DNA from: a virus
Length of the DNA stretch: 64,000 nt
Virus record (IMG/VR): IMGVR_UViG_3300037423_002564
Direction: 5' to 3' (one strand)
Shown here: positions 16,946 through 25,686 of the stretch, piece after piece
Layout: each line of letters begins with the position of its first letter
Position numbering within the stretch: the first letter of the stretch is position 1
Made by a program: the position numbers and the translations under genes
Notes under the pieces: generated by a model
The model's input: only the letters and a program-made list of their open reading frames with translations
Databases searched by the model: none
What the model was told of the DNA's origin: nothing

Positions 16946-17860
16946 ATGAGTTCGACCGCCCTGTTCTGCGGCAATCTGGAGCCCCAAGAGGTGATGCCCG
17001 GACCCGCGTTCGGCGTGGGCACCGTCGTCGCCGTCCGTGGTTCGTGCGCGGCCACCGCGATGCTCGTCTTCAAAGTGGAACTGCCGCGCGTGGACCCGGA
17101 GGTGCCCAACGAGAAGATCATCAGCACCCAATCGCTCACCAGCGCGACGGACGAGCTGCTGGACGTCGAGGTGCCCGCCGGCGCCTTGGGGATGCGCGTC
17201 AGCATCGAGAACACCTCGGGCACCAAGATCACGTTCGACGTGGAGTTCACCGTCTACGCCGCCGCGGAGGTGCAGGCGCGCAAGGCCGTTAGCGAGCCGC
17301 GCACGCTGAACGCCAGCAGCCCGGAGACCGCCAAGGCCGCCATCAGCGACCTGGAGGTGTGGGGCGACCCCGACATGGTCAAGCTGCTCGCCAAGGCCAG
17401 CAGCCGCCAGCAGGGCTTCATGAAGACGATGAAGGCCGTGGATCTGGGTGGCGGCGTGATCGTCCAGTTCGAGACCCAGCAGCGCTGCGGCGACACCGCC
17501 CTCGGCGAGATGCACGTCGCGCTGGAGGCCAATGCCCCCGCGCTCACCTTGGTCGAGGCCAGGGCGAAGTACCCGGAGCTGATCGTGGTGGAGGTCGAGG
17601 AGCGGACCATCGCCGGCCTGCGCCATACCGTGCTGCACTACAAGTACCCCGGCAGCGAGTGGGCGCTCTCGCAGAGCGCCGTGTACGTGCCCGGCGCCCG
17701 CATCGAGGAAGCCGCCCAGGCGGAGAAGGGCGTGACGTCGCGCAAACTCGTGGTTCCCACGGCGGCGGAGGCGGTCGAGAAGATCTCCGCCTCGCTCACC
17801 GCCATGGGCGAGCAGGTGGGCGCGGCCTTCGGCCAGGCGATGCAGAAGGAGCTGACCTAG
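16946..17860 (+). CDS. Conserved phage hypothetical protein
   Basis: KLLAKASSRQQGFMKTMKA..GVIVQFETQQ..ALSQSAVYVPG pattern recalled from phage hypotheticals. Confidence 0.65.
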   Translation: MSSTALFCGNLEPQEVMPGPAFGVGTVVAVRGSCAATAMLVFKVELPRVDPEVPNEKIISTQSLTSATDELLDVEVPAGALGMRVSIENTSGTKITFDVEFTVYAAAEVQARKAVSEPRTLNASSPETAKAAISDLEVWGDPDMVKLLAKASSRQQGFMKTMKAVDLGGGVIVQFETQQRCGDTALGEMHVALEANAPALTLVEARAKYPELIVVEVEERTIAGLRHTVLHYKYPGSEWALSQSAVYVPGARIEEAAQAEKGVTSRKLVVPTAAEAVEKISASLTAMGEQVGAAFGQAMQKELT

Positions 17861-17863
17861 TCG

Positions 17864-18124
17864 ATGTTCGGCGACGGCCAGATGTCGCTCTTCGTGGATC
17901 CCCCGGGGCACACCCGGGGGTTCCTCACCTGCCCGTGCGGCACGAAGAGCCCCATCATCCTGATCCCCACCGGTCGGCTGCCGGAGGACCAGTGGACCAC
18001 GTGGGCCCGCGGCTACCTGAAGTGGCGCGTGGACTGCCCGGCCTGCGATCCGCCCGACCAGCCCCTCTCGCCGGAGCGCGCGGCGCGCGCCATCCCGCCG
18101 GTTCTGCGGGTCGAAGAGTACTAG
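17864..18124 (+). CDS. Small Cys-rich protein
   Basis: TCPCG...DCPAC. Confidence 0.6.
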   Translation: MFGDGQMSLFVDPPGHTRGFLTCPCGTKSPIILIPTGRLPEDQWTTWARGYLKWRVDCPACDPPDQPLSPERAARAIPPVLRVEEY

Positions 18125-18132
18125 GGGCCGCG

Positions 18133-18145
18133 TCCATATAATACC
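18133..18145 (+). promoter_or_regulatory. -10-only promoter TCCATATAATACC
   Basis: Identical 13-mer at 29425-29437; 40 nt above the ATG at 18182. Confidence 0.7.
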
Positions 18146-18181
18146 GGTGCATATGCTTTACCAAGACGAAGGAGATACCCG

Positions 18182-18469
18182 ATGAGCGCGATCCTGCCCC
18201 TGCTGGCGTTCAAGCAGAACGGCGGCACCAAGGTGGTCGGTGCCATGCTGATGGACCGTCCCCGCTCCCTGCACCTGTTCGACAGCCCCATCCAGCACCC
18301 CAAGAAGGGCGACCTGCTGGTGGTCGAGCAGACCGGCGAGATCTACATCATGACGAACGACGCGATGCTCGCGAACTTCCACCAGTCGGTGGCGGACCAG
18401 GCGACCATCGACGCCGCGCAGGTGTCGGGCTTGCCCATCCGCGACTACCTCAAGAAGCACCTGGTCTAG
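18182..18469 (+). CDS. 'GDW..F' family-like small protein
   Basis: GGAG RBS; PKKGDLLVVEQTGEIYIMTNDAMLANF. Confidence 0.6.
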   Translation: MSAILPLLAFKQNGGTKVVGAMLMDRPRSLHLFDSPIQHPKKGDLLVVEQTGEIYIMTNDAMLANFHQSVADQATIDAAQVSGLPIRDYLKKHLV

Positions 18470-18482
18470 GGGACCACCCGTT

Positions 18483-18505
18483 GGGGGCCGCGAGGCCCCC
18501 TTCGT
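18483..18505 (+). terminator. Hairpin terminator
   Basis: GGGGGCC-GCGA-GGCCCCC followed by TTCGT. Confidence 0.55.
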
Positions 18506-18512
18506 CGTCTGT

Positions 18513-18875
18513 ATGATCACCCTCGATCACCACATCGGCCTGCGCGTCAACGAGCTGCGCCAGGCGCTCGACCTCACCCTCCACGCCGCGGCCCTCAAGG
18601 CCAACCTGAAGGTGGGCGAGCTGGCGCGCATCGAGCAGGGCATCGGCGAGCTGCCGGATGCGAAGCTGATCCGCCTCGCGCGATCGCTGGGCGTGAGCCC
18701 CGGCTACCTGCTGGGCACCGAGGAACATGACGAGCTGGAGGCGGACCCGCTCTACAGGCTATTCAAGAGCCATCTGGCGGCCTGCAAACCGGACCTGCGC
18801 CGCAGCATCTTGGTGATGTTAATTCAGGGCGTCGCGAAGGCCAAAAAACAAGGTCTACCAGGCAATCAAACTTAG
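18513..18875 (+). CDS. XRE/Cro-C1 family HTH regulator
   Basis: IGLRVNELRQALDLT..ALKANLKVGELARIEQG..PDAKLIRLARSLGVSPGYLLG. Confidence 0.8.
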   Translation: MITLDHHIGLRVNELRQALDLTLHAAALKANLKVGELARIEQGIGELPDAKLIRLARSLGVSPGYLLGTEEHDELEADPLYRLFKSHLAACKPDLRRSILVMLIQGVAKAKKQGLPGNQT

Positions 18876-18876
18876 C

Positions 18877-18935
18877 TTGACTGGTACTACTTGCTGAAGT
18901 ACGATGTTGGTCCGACCAGTAGGTCGGTCAGACCA
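18877..18935 (+). promoter_or_regulatory. sigma70 promoter TTGACT-N17-TACGAT with tandem operators over the start site
   Basis: -35 at 18877-18882, -10 at 18900-18905, TTGGTCCGACCA 18907-18918 and GGTCAGACCA 18926-18935. Confidence 0.8.
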
Positions 18936-18957
18936 CCCGTTCGAGCAAGGAGCCGCC

Positions 18958-19311
18958 ATGTCCGTCGAGACCTACGCCCCGTCCCCGTTGGCCCAGACCA
19001 GCGGCCCCCCGAAGCCGCTCTCCGAGATGAGCGTGGCGGACGCCTCCCGCGTCTTGAGCAGCGAGCTGTCGTTCCTGAACGAGAAGCTGGACCGGCTCCT
19101 GACGCACGCGGCCGGTGATCAGCCGAACGTGAGCGCGGAGAAGATGCCGCCCACGGCGATGGGCGTCAAGGGCGAGTTCCAGACCACCGTGTCGATGCTG
19201 CAATACGCGCATACCCTGGTCGATCGCCTTGGCAAGGAATACGGCGTGATGCTGCCGGCGCAGTCCCAGCACGCGCTGAAGGCCGTCCACGTCGGCAACA
19301 GCCTCTCGTAA
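18958..19311 (+). CDS. Hypothetical protein
   Basis: AAGGAG RBS, ATG at 18958. Confidence 0.65.
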   Translation: MSVETYAPSPLAQTSGPPKPLSEMSVADASRVLSSELSFLNEKLDRLLTHAAGDQPNVSAEKMPPTAMGVKGEFQTTVSMLQYAHTLVDRLGKEYGVMLPAQSQHALKAVHVGNSLS

Positions 19312-19970
19312 TGCCGGTCTACGCGCTCACCGCCCAGACCGGGGAGCATGACTACGAGGTCCTGCTCCACCACGAGACGACCTTCACGGAGGCGGAGTTC
19401 TTCAAGAAGGTCTTCGACTTGGCGCCCGAGGCGACGATGGGCGCGCAGAAGGACAACCGGGCCGTCGGCTTCCAGGACGTGATCCACCCGCTCGCGCGGC
19501 TCTTGTGCGAGCGCTATGGCTTCACGCTGGTGGACCCCATCGTGGAGTTCGCGGTGGACTTCCGCCGCATGAGCTTCTTGGGTGCCGACGGCTTCACCTC
19601 GCTGGAGCACCAGCGGCGGGCCGTGCGCCAGGCCGTGGATCTGAAGGACTGGCTGCGCGCGCACGATCTGCGCAGCGTCACCGCGGAGCAGAACCCCAAG
19701 CTCTACCGCGACGAGATGGACACCATCACGGAGGGCGAGAAGGCCATGCGGCTCTACCTCGTTGCCGGCGAGGAGCACGTCGTCCTGGAGCCCGTCGACG
19801 TGGTGCCCACGCCCAAGCAGCGCATCCAGATTGAAGCCTGGTGGCCCTTCTGGAAGCCGCGCGGCGAGGCGGAGCCCCAGTGGCCCAGTGCGGCGGACGC
19901 CTGCCTCATCTGCAAGGCCGACCCCTATGCCTGCCCGTTCCACGCGGCCCCGATCACCCCGGAGGGCTGA
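19311..19970 (+). CDS. Hypothetical protein, paralog of next gene
   Basis: N-terminal domain with FTEAEF and ARLLCERYGF. Confidence 0.7.
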   Translation: MPVYALTAQTGEHDYEVLLHHETTFTEAEFFKKVFDLAPEATMGAQKDNRAVGFQDVIHPLARLLCERYGFTLVDPIVEFAVDFRRMSFLGADGFTSLEHQRRAVRQAVDLKDWLRAHDLRSVTAEQNPKLYRDEMDTITEGEKAMRLYLVAGEEHVVLEPVDVVPTPKQRIQIEAWWPFWKPRGEAEPQWPSAADACLICKADPYACPFHAAPITPEG

Positions 19971-20689
19971 TGTACTACTACGAGCTGAAGGAGCGGCTGG
20001 ACCCGGGCCGCGAAGACCAGGTCATCACCCTCGCCCACCGCGCGGCCTTCACCGACGACGAGTTCACCACGTTGGTCTGCAACGTGCTGCCGTTGTGCGC
20101 GCCCGCCGACAAGACGAAGCTACGTTTCAATATTATGCGCCACGGCGTCGCGCGCTTGCTGTGCGAGCGCTACGGCTTCGAGCTGGTGGAGGCGTGGGTG
20201 GACTTCGTGGTGCCCGACCGCGACCTGGGCCGCGACCCGGCGACCTACCTCGACGAGACCAGCCGACGTCTGGCCCAGAAGCTCAAGGACGCGGGCATCA
20301 GCACGCCGGCCGTGGCGAGCCTGTCCATGCATTGGAGCGCGGACACCCGGTTGAGCGCGTTCGGCAACTACCTCTCGGACTTCGTGGGTAAGCCCACGGG
20401 CAAGGCCACGTTCCAGGCCATCAAGGCGCGTTCGCTTGACCACATCGCCGGCTACCATGCGGAGACGATCGTCATGGACGAGATGGCCTACCACGAGCTG
20501 ACCCGCGCCGTGGATGCGCCGCCCCCGCCGGCCTACCCCTTGGCGCCTTCCAGCTTGACCGGCGGTGAGACGCTGAAGGCCCGCGTGCTGGACGACGCCG
20601 TGCGCGCGCTGGCGAGCGCGACGCACAAGCCGCTTCAGGTCTCGATGCAGGCCCACTTCGTCACCCAGAACAAGCGGAGGAAGCGCTGA
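19970..20689 (+). CDS. Hypothetical protein, paralog of previous gene
   Basis: TGATG start; FTDDEF and ARLLCERYGF. Confidence 0.7.
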   Translation: MYYYELKERLDPGREDQVITLAHRAAFTDDEFTTLVCNVLPLCAPADKTKLRFNIMRHGVARLLCERYGFELVEAWVDFVVPDRDLGRDPATYLDETSRRLAQKLKDAGISTPAVASLSMHWSADTRLSAFGNYLSDFVGKPTGKATFQAIKARSLDHIAGYHAETIVMDEMAYHELTRAVDAPPPPAYPLAPSSLTGGETLKARVLDDAVRALASATHKPLQVSMQAHFVTQNKRRKR

Positions 20690-21363
20690 TGGACCAACAG
20701 GATCCGCTCTTGGACTTCGAGGCGCTCAACACGCCGCCGTCGAGCCGCTACATGAGCGTGTACGGCACGATCCCCGAGGGCTACAAGATCGGGGGCACCG
20801 GCCACCGGCCCGATCGCCACCTCGACGTCTACCGGCTGGCCGCCGCCAAGCCCGCGATGCAGGTCATCAAGACCAAGCTGATGGAGATGGCGACGCCCGT
20901 CTTGGACGCCGACAGCTCCCAGCGTATCATCGTCATGAGCGGGATGGGCCCGGGCTTCGACCAGTGGCTCGCCGCGGCGACGCTGTGGCTGAAGAAGGAG
21001 GGCTATCCCTTCGAGCTGTGGATGATCATCCCGTGGAAGGGCTTCGAGTGGCCCCGCTACTGGGCGGAGAACCGCCGCTGGATCGCCGACATGATGGAGA
21101 AGGCGCTGAAGGTCAGCCACCTCACGGACGTCGAGATCCGCAGCACCGACCACGCGGCCCAGACCGTGATGTGCCACGACCGCAACGAGGAGGTGGCGCG
21201 GCTCTCGCAGAAGGCGCTGTCGAGCTGGAGCGGCGCGGAGGCCGGCGGGACGTGGGACACCATCAAGCGGATGCGTTCCTACGGCATCGAGCCGGAGAAC
21301 ATCTACAAGGACGTCTGCGACGCGCTTTTCGGCGCCAAGGCCCCGGCCACGCCGGCAACCTAA
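20689..21363 (+). CDS. YspA/DUF1273-like SLOG-family protein
   Basis: IGGTGHRP, VMSGMGPGFDQWLA, IIPWKGF, DRNEEV, GGTWDTI. Confidence 0.8.
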   Translation: MDQQDPLLDFEALNTPPSSRYMSVYGTIPEGYKIGGTGHRPDRHLDVYRLAAAKPAMQVIKTKLMEMATPVLDADSSQRIIVMSGMGPGFDQWLAAATLWLKKEGYPFELWMIIPWKGFEWPRYWAENRRWIADMMEKALKVSHLTDVEIRSTDHAAQTVMCHDRNEEVARLSQKALSSWSGAEAGGTWDTIKRMRSYGIEPENIYKDVCDALFGAKAPATPAT

Positions 21364-21387
21364 TAATCAGGGCAGGAGGGACCTGCC
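21361..21387 (+). promoter_or_regulatory. -10-like TAATAAT plus RBS-sequestering hairpin
   Basis: GGCAGG-AGGGA-CCTGCC (21371-21387) contains the GGAGG RBS directly before ATG 21388. Confidence 0.45.
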
Positions 21388-21828
21388 ATGTCCGAACACA
21401 CCTGTCGTATCTTCACCAAGCTCTTCGAGCGCGACGAGGCCCACCATGACCTCTTCCAGAACCGCGAGACCGGCGACGTGCTGCGCTACTGCGATCTTCC
21501 CCCCGGTGCCCTGTACGAGGATCGCTACCCCGACCACCCCACCTACGTCCCGAATCCCCATCGCCCGGACGACAAGACCTGGACCGTCAAGCTGCCCTGC
21601 GGCACCCCCTGGATGATGGACTGCCGGGCGAGCAGCGGCGGCTACTGGACCCGCACCGGCGAGGCGCCCAACCTCTCGATGTCGCCCAGCATCCACATCA
21701 CCACGACCCGCTACGTCTACGACGATCCCACCGACGAGAACAAGCCCACCGGCCAGTCCACCGTGACCGTGTACCACGGCTACCTGACCAACGGAAAGCT
21801 CACCAGCACCCCCGACAGCCCCTGCTAG
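21388..21828 (+). CDS. DUF6527-like protein
   Basis: KLPCG..WTRTGEAPNLSMSPSIHI..YHGYLTNGKL. Confidence 0.5.
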   Translation: MSEHTCRIFTKLFERDEAHHDLFQNRETGDVLRYCDLPPGALYEDRYPDHPTYVPNPHRPDDKTWTVKLPCGTPWMMDCRASSGGYWTRTGEAPNLSMSPSIHITTTRYVYDDPTDENKPTGQSTVTVYHGYLTNGKLTSTPDSPC

Positions 21829-21841
21829 GAACCCCGCAACG

Positions 21842-22063
21842 TTGCTACGTTTCAACATCAACATCGTCGACTTCGTCATGCTCTGCGCGCTGGCCTTCCT
21901 GGCCTGGCGCGTGGCGGTGGCGGAGGGCGACTGGGCCTGCACCCTGTTCGTCGGCTCGCAGCTCGTCGTCTTCGGCGTGCTGCGGGGCGGCTGGCGGCTG
22001 GTGCAGAACGTGCAGGCGCTGCGCCAGGCGGCCAAGGACGAGCCCCAGGACGGCCAGCCGTGA
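21842..22063 (+). CDS. Small two-TM membrane protein
   Basis: Two hydrophobic segments. Confidence 0.6.
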   Translation: MLRFNINIVDFVMLCALAFLAWRVAVAEGDWACTLFVGSQLVVFGVLRGGWRLVQNVQALRQAAKDEPQDGQP

Positions 22064-22380
22064 CGGAAGCGCCCCAGCACACCCACGTCGTCCTGGAGGT
22101 CGCCGCGCGCCACTGGTGGCAGCACTTCAAGGGCGGCACCTACATGGTGCAGCGCGTCTCCATCCACCACGGCCCGGAGGCCCAGGCCCACCCGCCGGAG
22201 CTGCGCTTCAACGTCCACTACCGGCTGTGGGGCCGCAACGAGGTCCACGAGCGCCCCCTGTGGGAGTGGCTCGACTGGGTGGCGCGCGACGCCTACACCG
22301 GCTGGCGCTTCTGGCCGCATGCGGAGTGGGAGCAGCCGTTCCCCGACGAGCTGCGCCCGCCCAAGGCGCCTACCGTATGA
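22060..22380 (+). CDS. DUF1653-like protein
   Basis: WQHFKGGTYMV..VHYRLW..HERPLWEW. Confidence 0.7.
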   Translation: MTEAPQHTHVVLEVAARHWWQHFKGGTYMVQRVSIHHGPEAQAHPPELRFNVHYRLWGRNEVHERPLWEWLDWVARDAYTGWRFWPHAEWEQPFPDELRPPKAPTV

Positions 22381-22718
22381 GCGGCTACGCCATGAACCTC
22401 GGCACCTGGCGCAAGTGCGCGGGGTGCCGCGGCAAGTACTACCCGGCGGGCTACGTCATGGCGATCGCCGACAGCGGCCGATCCCTCAAGGAGCGGCTGT
22501 GCGTCGAGGGCACCTCCTACACGATGCCGCCCCTGTTCTCGCGCGTGCTGCTGCTCGTACAGAAGAAAGGCAAGGACATCGGCGGGTTCCGGCGTGCGTT
22601 CATCTTTCTGGTCGAGCAGGGCCTCTGGACCACGGTGCTCGTCAACAACCCGCACTACTGCAACGACGCCTGCTCCATCGAGCACGTCATGCGGATGATC
22701 CGCCCGGAGGATCAATGA
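22377..22718 (+). CDS. DSGR-array gene 1 (CxxC..DSGR..CxxxC)
   Basis: CAGC..ADSGR..YCNDAC; ATGA overlaps. Confidence 0.75.
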   Translation: MSGYAMNLGTWRKCAGCRGKYYPAGYVMAIADSGRSLKERLCVEGTSYTMPPLFSRVLLLVQKKGKDIGGFRRAFIFLVEQGLWTTVLVNNPHYCNDACSIEHVMRMIRPEDQ

Positions 22719-23044
22719 CCAAGATCTTCGCGGAGCCGGTGCCCGTGACGCCGGAGCACATGTTCTACGCCACGGACGTCTGCGACGCCTGCCGCAAGAA
22801 GTTCATCCCCAGCGTGACGATCGCCCTGCTCGGCGACAGCGGCCGGGCCCTGGCCGTGTGGGAGAACAAGCCCCTGCTGCACTTCCCGCTCTGGCTCGTG
22901 AAGGCCCATCCCAGCTTCGCCAAGGCGTGCGTGCTGAACTATGCCACGCGCCCGGTGGTCTTCCCCTTCTGGATGGTGCTCGCGGACTACCATCTGGGCT
23001 TCTGCTCCTGGGGGTGCCAGGAGAAGGCGGGGCAGCGCCGATGA
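22715..23044 (+). CDS. DSGR-array gene 2
   Basis: CDAC..GDSGR..FCSWGC. Confidence 0.75.
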   Translation: MTKIFAEPVPVTPEHMFYATDVCDACRKKFIPSVTIALLGDSGRALAVWENKPLLHFPLWLVKAHPSFAKACVLNYATRPVVFPFWMVLADYHLGFCSWGCQEKAGQRR

Positions 23045-23451
23045 GCCAGCTCGCCGTGATGCCCGACCCCTTCTACCGTGACTGCAAGCACTGCAAGCGC
23101 ACCTACCAGCCGATGGTCGAGGTGCAGCTCGTGCGCGACAGCGGCCGGGTGGGCCAGACCTTCTGGGTTGCCGCCAAGTACATGCCGCTGGTCTTCGCGG
23201 AGTACCACCGCCACATCGGGCCGGTCAAGTTCCCCGGGCACTACTACTGGGTGGGCTTCGCGTGGGCCAACCTGGCCGTGCTGCACAAGGGCGCGTGCTC
23301 GGAGGACTGCCAGACGGCGTTCCTGAAGGCCCACTCCGACGCGGCCGACATGCTGGAGATGTTCGAGATGCTGGGCGAGAGCCGCTTCACGCCCCAGAGC
23401 CCGAACATCTACGACGACATCCCGGCCATCCGGCAGAGGATGGGGCGATGA
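23041..23451 (+). CDS. DSGR-array gene 3
   Basis: CKHC..RDSGR..ACSEDC. Confidence 0.75.
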   Translation: MSQLAVMPDPFYRDCKHCKRTYQPMVEVQLVRDSGRVGQTFWVAAKYMPLVFAEYHRHIGPVKFPGHYYWVGFAWANLAVLHKGACSEDCQTAFLKAHSDAADMLEMFEMLGESRFTPQSPNIYDDIPAIRQRMGR

Positions 23452-23690
23452 AGAGCGAGTGGATGACGGAGGCCATGGCGATGGGCAACGGCTTCGCCCA
23501 GCCCAAGGACGTGGTGCGCGTGGTGTGGTTCTGCACCTACTACGGCGTGGCCTACATGAACGAGCCCGGGATGGCGGGGCGCCGATACTTCGCCGACAGC
23601 GGGCGCGGCTTCACACCGAACCTGCCCGGGGCGGTCGACCGCACGGCCCTCTGGGAGCGCGAGAAGGCGCAGATCCGATGGAGGAGATGA
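23448..23690 (+). CDS. DSGR-array gene 4 (no CxxC)
   Basis: RRYFADSGR. Confidence 0.7.
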   Translation: MKSEWMTEAMAMGNGFAQPKDVVRVVWFCTYYGVAYMNEPGMAGRRYFADSGRGFTPNLPGAVDRTALWEREKAQIRWRR

Positions 23691-23890
23691 ACATCGACGT
23701 CGGCGGCCCCGACTTCACGGTCATCAGCCAGTTCTACCAGGTGCCGGAGGGCCATGCGGTGAACTTCGTCCGGGCCACCATCACCATTGAGGGCGAGCCG
23801 GCGCTGGACCCGCTGACGGGTACGCTCTACCATACGGTCAAGCCGGGCGATCGCCGATACCAGCGTGACTCGGGGAGGAAGTTCCGATGA
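23687..23890 (+). CDS. DSGR-array gene 5 (no Cys)
   Basis: RRYQRDSGRKFR at the C-terminus. Confidence 0.7.
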   Translation: MNIDVGGPDFTVISQFYQVPEGHAVNFVRATITIEGEPALDPLTGTLYHTVKPGDRRYQRDSGRKFR

Positions 23891-24144
23891 GCCTCCGTCA
23901 GGTCGGCAGCAGCATCAACCACGAGGTCATCCTCGACGTGCTGCGCGCGGACGCGATGAATCGCCGGCTCCAGCCCTTCCGGCCCGTCGCGCCCGACTTC
24001 CTCTGCGCCGGGTGCGGGCGCCTGGTGGCGTGCGTGGTCAACGAGCACCAGGAGCCCCGCCGGCGCTACTTCACCGACGCCGGCCGCGTCGTCGGCACCT
24101 ACAGCCCGGTCAACGTCTGGCACCACGCCTGCGAGGCCCCCTGA
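23887..24144 (+). CDS. DSGR-array gene 6 (DAGR)
   Basis: CAGC..RRYFTDAGR..HAC. Confidence 0.72.
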   Translation: MSLRQVGSSINHEVILDVLRADAMNRRLQPFRPVAPDFLCAGCGRLVACVVNEHQEPRRRYFTDAGRVVGTYSPVNVWHHACEAP

Positions 24145-24392
24145 TGTCGCGAATTGTAGGCCATTTCAAGTCGGAGCCCGGGCAGGACCTGGTAAACGTC
24201 ATCATGCCGCCCTTGGATGTCACGCAGTTCTGCCCGCAATGCGGGCTCGTGAGCTACCCCTTGAGTGGTTGCCTCGCCACCCGCTTCTTCGTGGACAGCG
24301 GGCGCTGGATGGGCGACCTCTGGTACGGCGGCGAGGGCGCCGACGAGACCTGGTGGAAGCGCGAGCCCCACGTCTGCTGGAGCAACGTCTGA
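24144..24392 (+). CDS. DSGR-array gene 7
   Basis: CPQC..FVDSGR..HVC. Confidence 0.72.
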   Translation: MSRIVGHFKSEPGQDLVNVIMPPLDVTQFCPQCGLVSYPLSGCLATRFFVDSGRWMGDLWYGGEGADETWWKREPHVCWSNV

Positions 24393-24583
24393 TGCCCGGC
24401 TACGTGCTCAAGGACCGGTGGTGGGAGCGCGCTGCCGCGCGCATCGGCAAGTTGACGGTCGTGGAGCTGTGCCCGGCCTGCGGCGCGCTGCACCTCTTCG
24501 ACAGCACCCGCAACAACCTCTGGTCCATCTTCGACAGCGGGCGCGTGGGCGGGCAGGTGCGCTGCCACGAGGTGCCGGCATGA
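24392..24583 (+). CDS. DSGR-array gene 8
   Basis: CPAC..IFDSGR..RCH. Confidence 0.72.
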   Translation: MPGYVLKDRWWERAAARIGKLTVVELCPACGALHLFDSTRNNLWSIFDSGRVGGQVRCHEVPA

Positions 24584-24804
24584 CCGTCGCGCAGTGGCCC
24601 ATCTTCCTCCAGCTCTGCCCCGACTGCGGGGCCATGCACCTATACGCCGAGACGGACGACGAGGCGTTCCAGCTCCACGACTCCGGGCGTGTGGCGAGGC
24701 CGACGCGCTGCGCCCCGTTCTTGGAGCGCTCGCGGGCGGCTTTCGCCTTGTCCCCCACGCCGGCGGAGCGTGCCCGCTGGACGAACCTCTGGAGGACGCC
24801 ATGA
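24580..24804 (+). CDS. DSGR-array gene 9
   Basis: CPDC..LHDSGR..RC. Confidence 0.72.
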   Translation: MTVAQWPIFLQLCPDCGAMHLYAETDDEAFQLHDSGRVARPTRCAPFLERSRAAFALSPTPAERARWTNLWRTP

Positions 24805-25172
24805 GCGCGTTGCCGCCCATCTGCGTGACCCAGACGCATGTCGTCGAGACCGTCACCCAGCGGAACGACCTGCAAGGCGTGCAGGGAGGGGACATCTGCG
24901 TGGTGATGTCCACGGGCCGTAGCTACATTTACGCATCACGGCCGACGACAAGGTGGATCGAGATGGCGAACTTCGAGCCCGAGCCCTTCTACTGCGGCGA
25001 GTGTGGCGGGCTGTATCGCTACCGCACGGGCGACCACGCGCCGGGGCCCAACGACGGCCAGCAGGTCGTGACCGATGGCGATCGCCGCTTGGACCGCGAC
25101 CACGGCTGCCGCTCCGCGCACCCGGACGTCAAGCACGCGCAGCTCACGGAGTTCCTGGGGAGGACCGCATGA
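24801..25172 (+). CDS. DSGR-array gene 10 (degenerate DGDR)
   Basis: CGEC..VTDGDRR..HGC. Confidence 0.68.
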   Translation: MSALPPICVTQTHVVETVTQRNDLQGVQGGDICVVMSTGRSYIYASRPTTRWIEMANFEPEPFYCGECGGLYRYRTGDHAPGPNDGQQVVTDGDRRLDRDHGCRSAHPDVKHAQLTEFLGRTA

Positions 25173-25486
25173 AGCAGAACCACCGCTGGGGCCGCGCCAA
25201 GGGCGTGATCGGCGTCAGCTTCGGCCAGGACTGGATGAAGGACGTCTACATCAACCCACCCTACTCCGCGGACGTGCCAACGGGCACCTTCGAGGCGCAA
25301 CTCTGCCCGGAGTGCGGCATGTGCTGGGAGATAGCGAATATCGGCTCCGTGGAGAGCCCGCAGGTGCGGCTCACGGACGCCGGCCGCCGGCTACCCAGCC
25401 AGCACGGCTGCATCGCCACCCACCCGCTGCGCGAGGCCACGGAGAAGTACGGCGTCTACGTCGACATGTACCGGAGGGGCCTATGA
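25169..25486 (+). CDS. DSGR-array gene 11 (DAGR)
   Basis: CPEC..LTDAGRR..HGC. Confidence 0.72.
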   Translation: MKQNHRWGRAKGVIGVSFGQDWMKDVYINPPYSADVPTGTFEAQLCPECGMCWEIANIGSVESPQVRLTDAGRRLPSQHGCIATHPLREATEKYGVYVDMYRRGL

Positions 25487-25680
25487 GCCTGGCCGTCAAC
25501 CTCGCCCAAGAGGAGGCGCGCCTGACCGGCAGCCGCCGCCCTTACGACCGGATGTGCGTCTGCGGCATCGCCTACCGCCTCTTCCCCGCCCCCCTGTCCG
25601 CCCCGCAGCCGCAGAGCGCGTTCGACTCCGGCCGGCCCGTGCCCATCTGCTGCGACGTCCTGTACCCCATCCTGTTGTGA
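25483..25680 (+). CDS. DSGR-array gene 12
   Basis: CVC..AFDSGR..ICC. Confidence 0.7.
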   Translation: MSLAVNLAQEEARLTGSRRPYDRMCVCGIAYRLFPAPLSAPQPQSAFDSGRPVPICCDVLYPILL

Positions 25681-25686
25681 GGCCCC

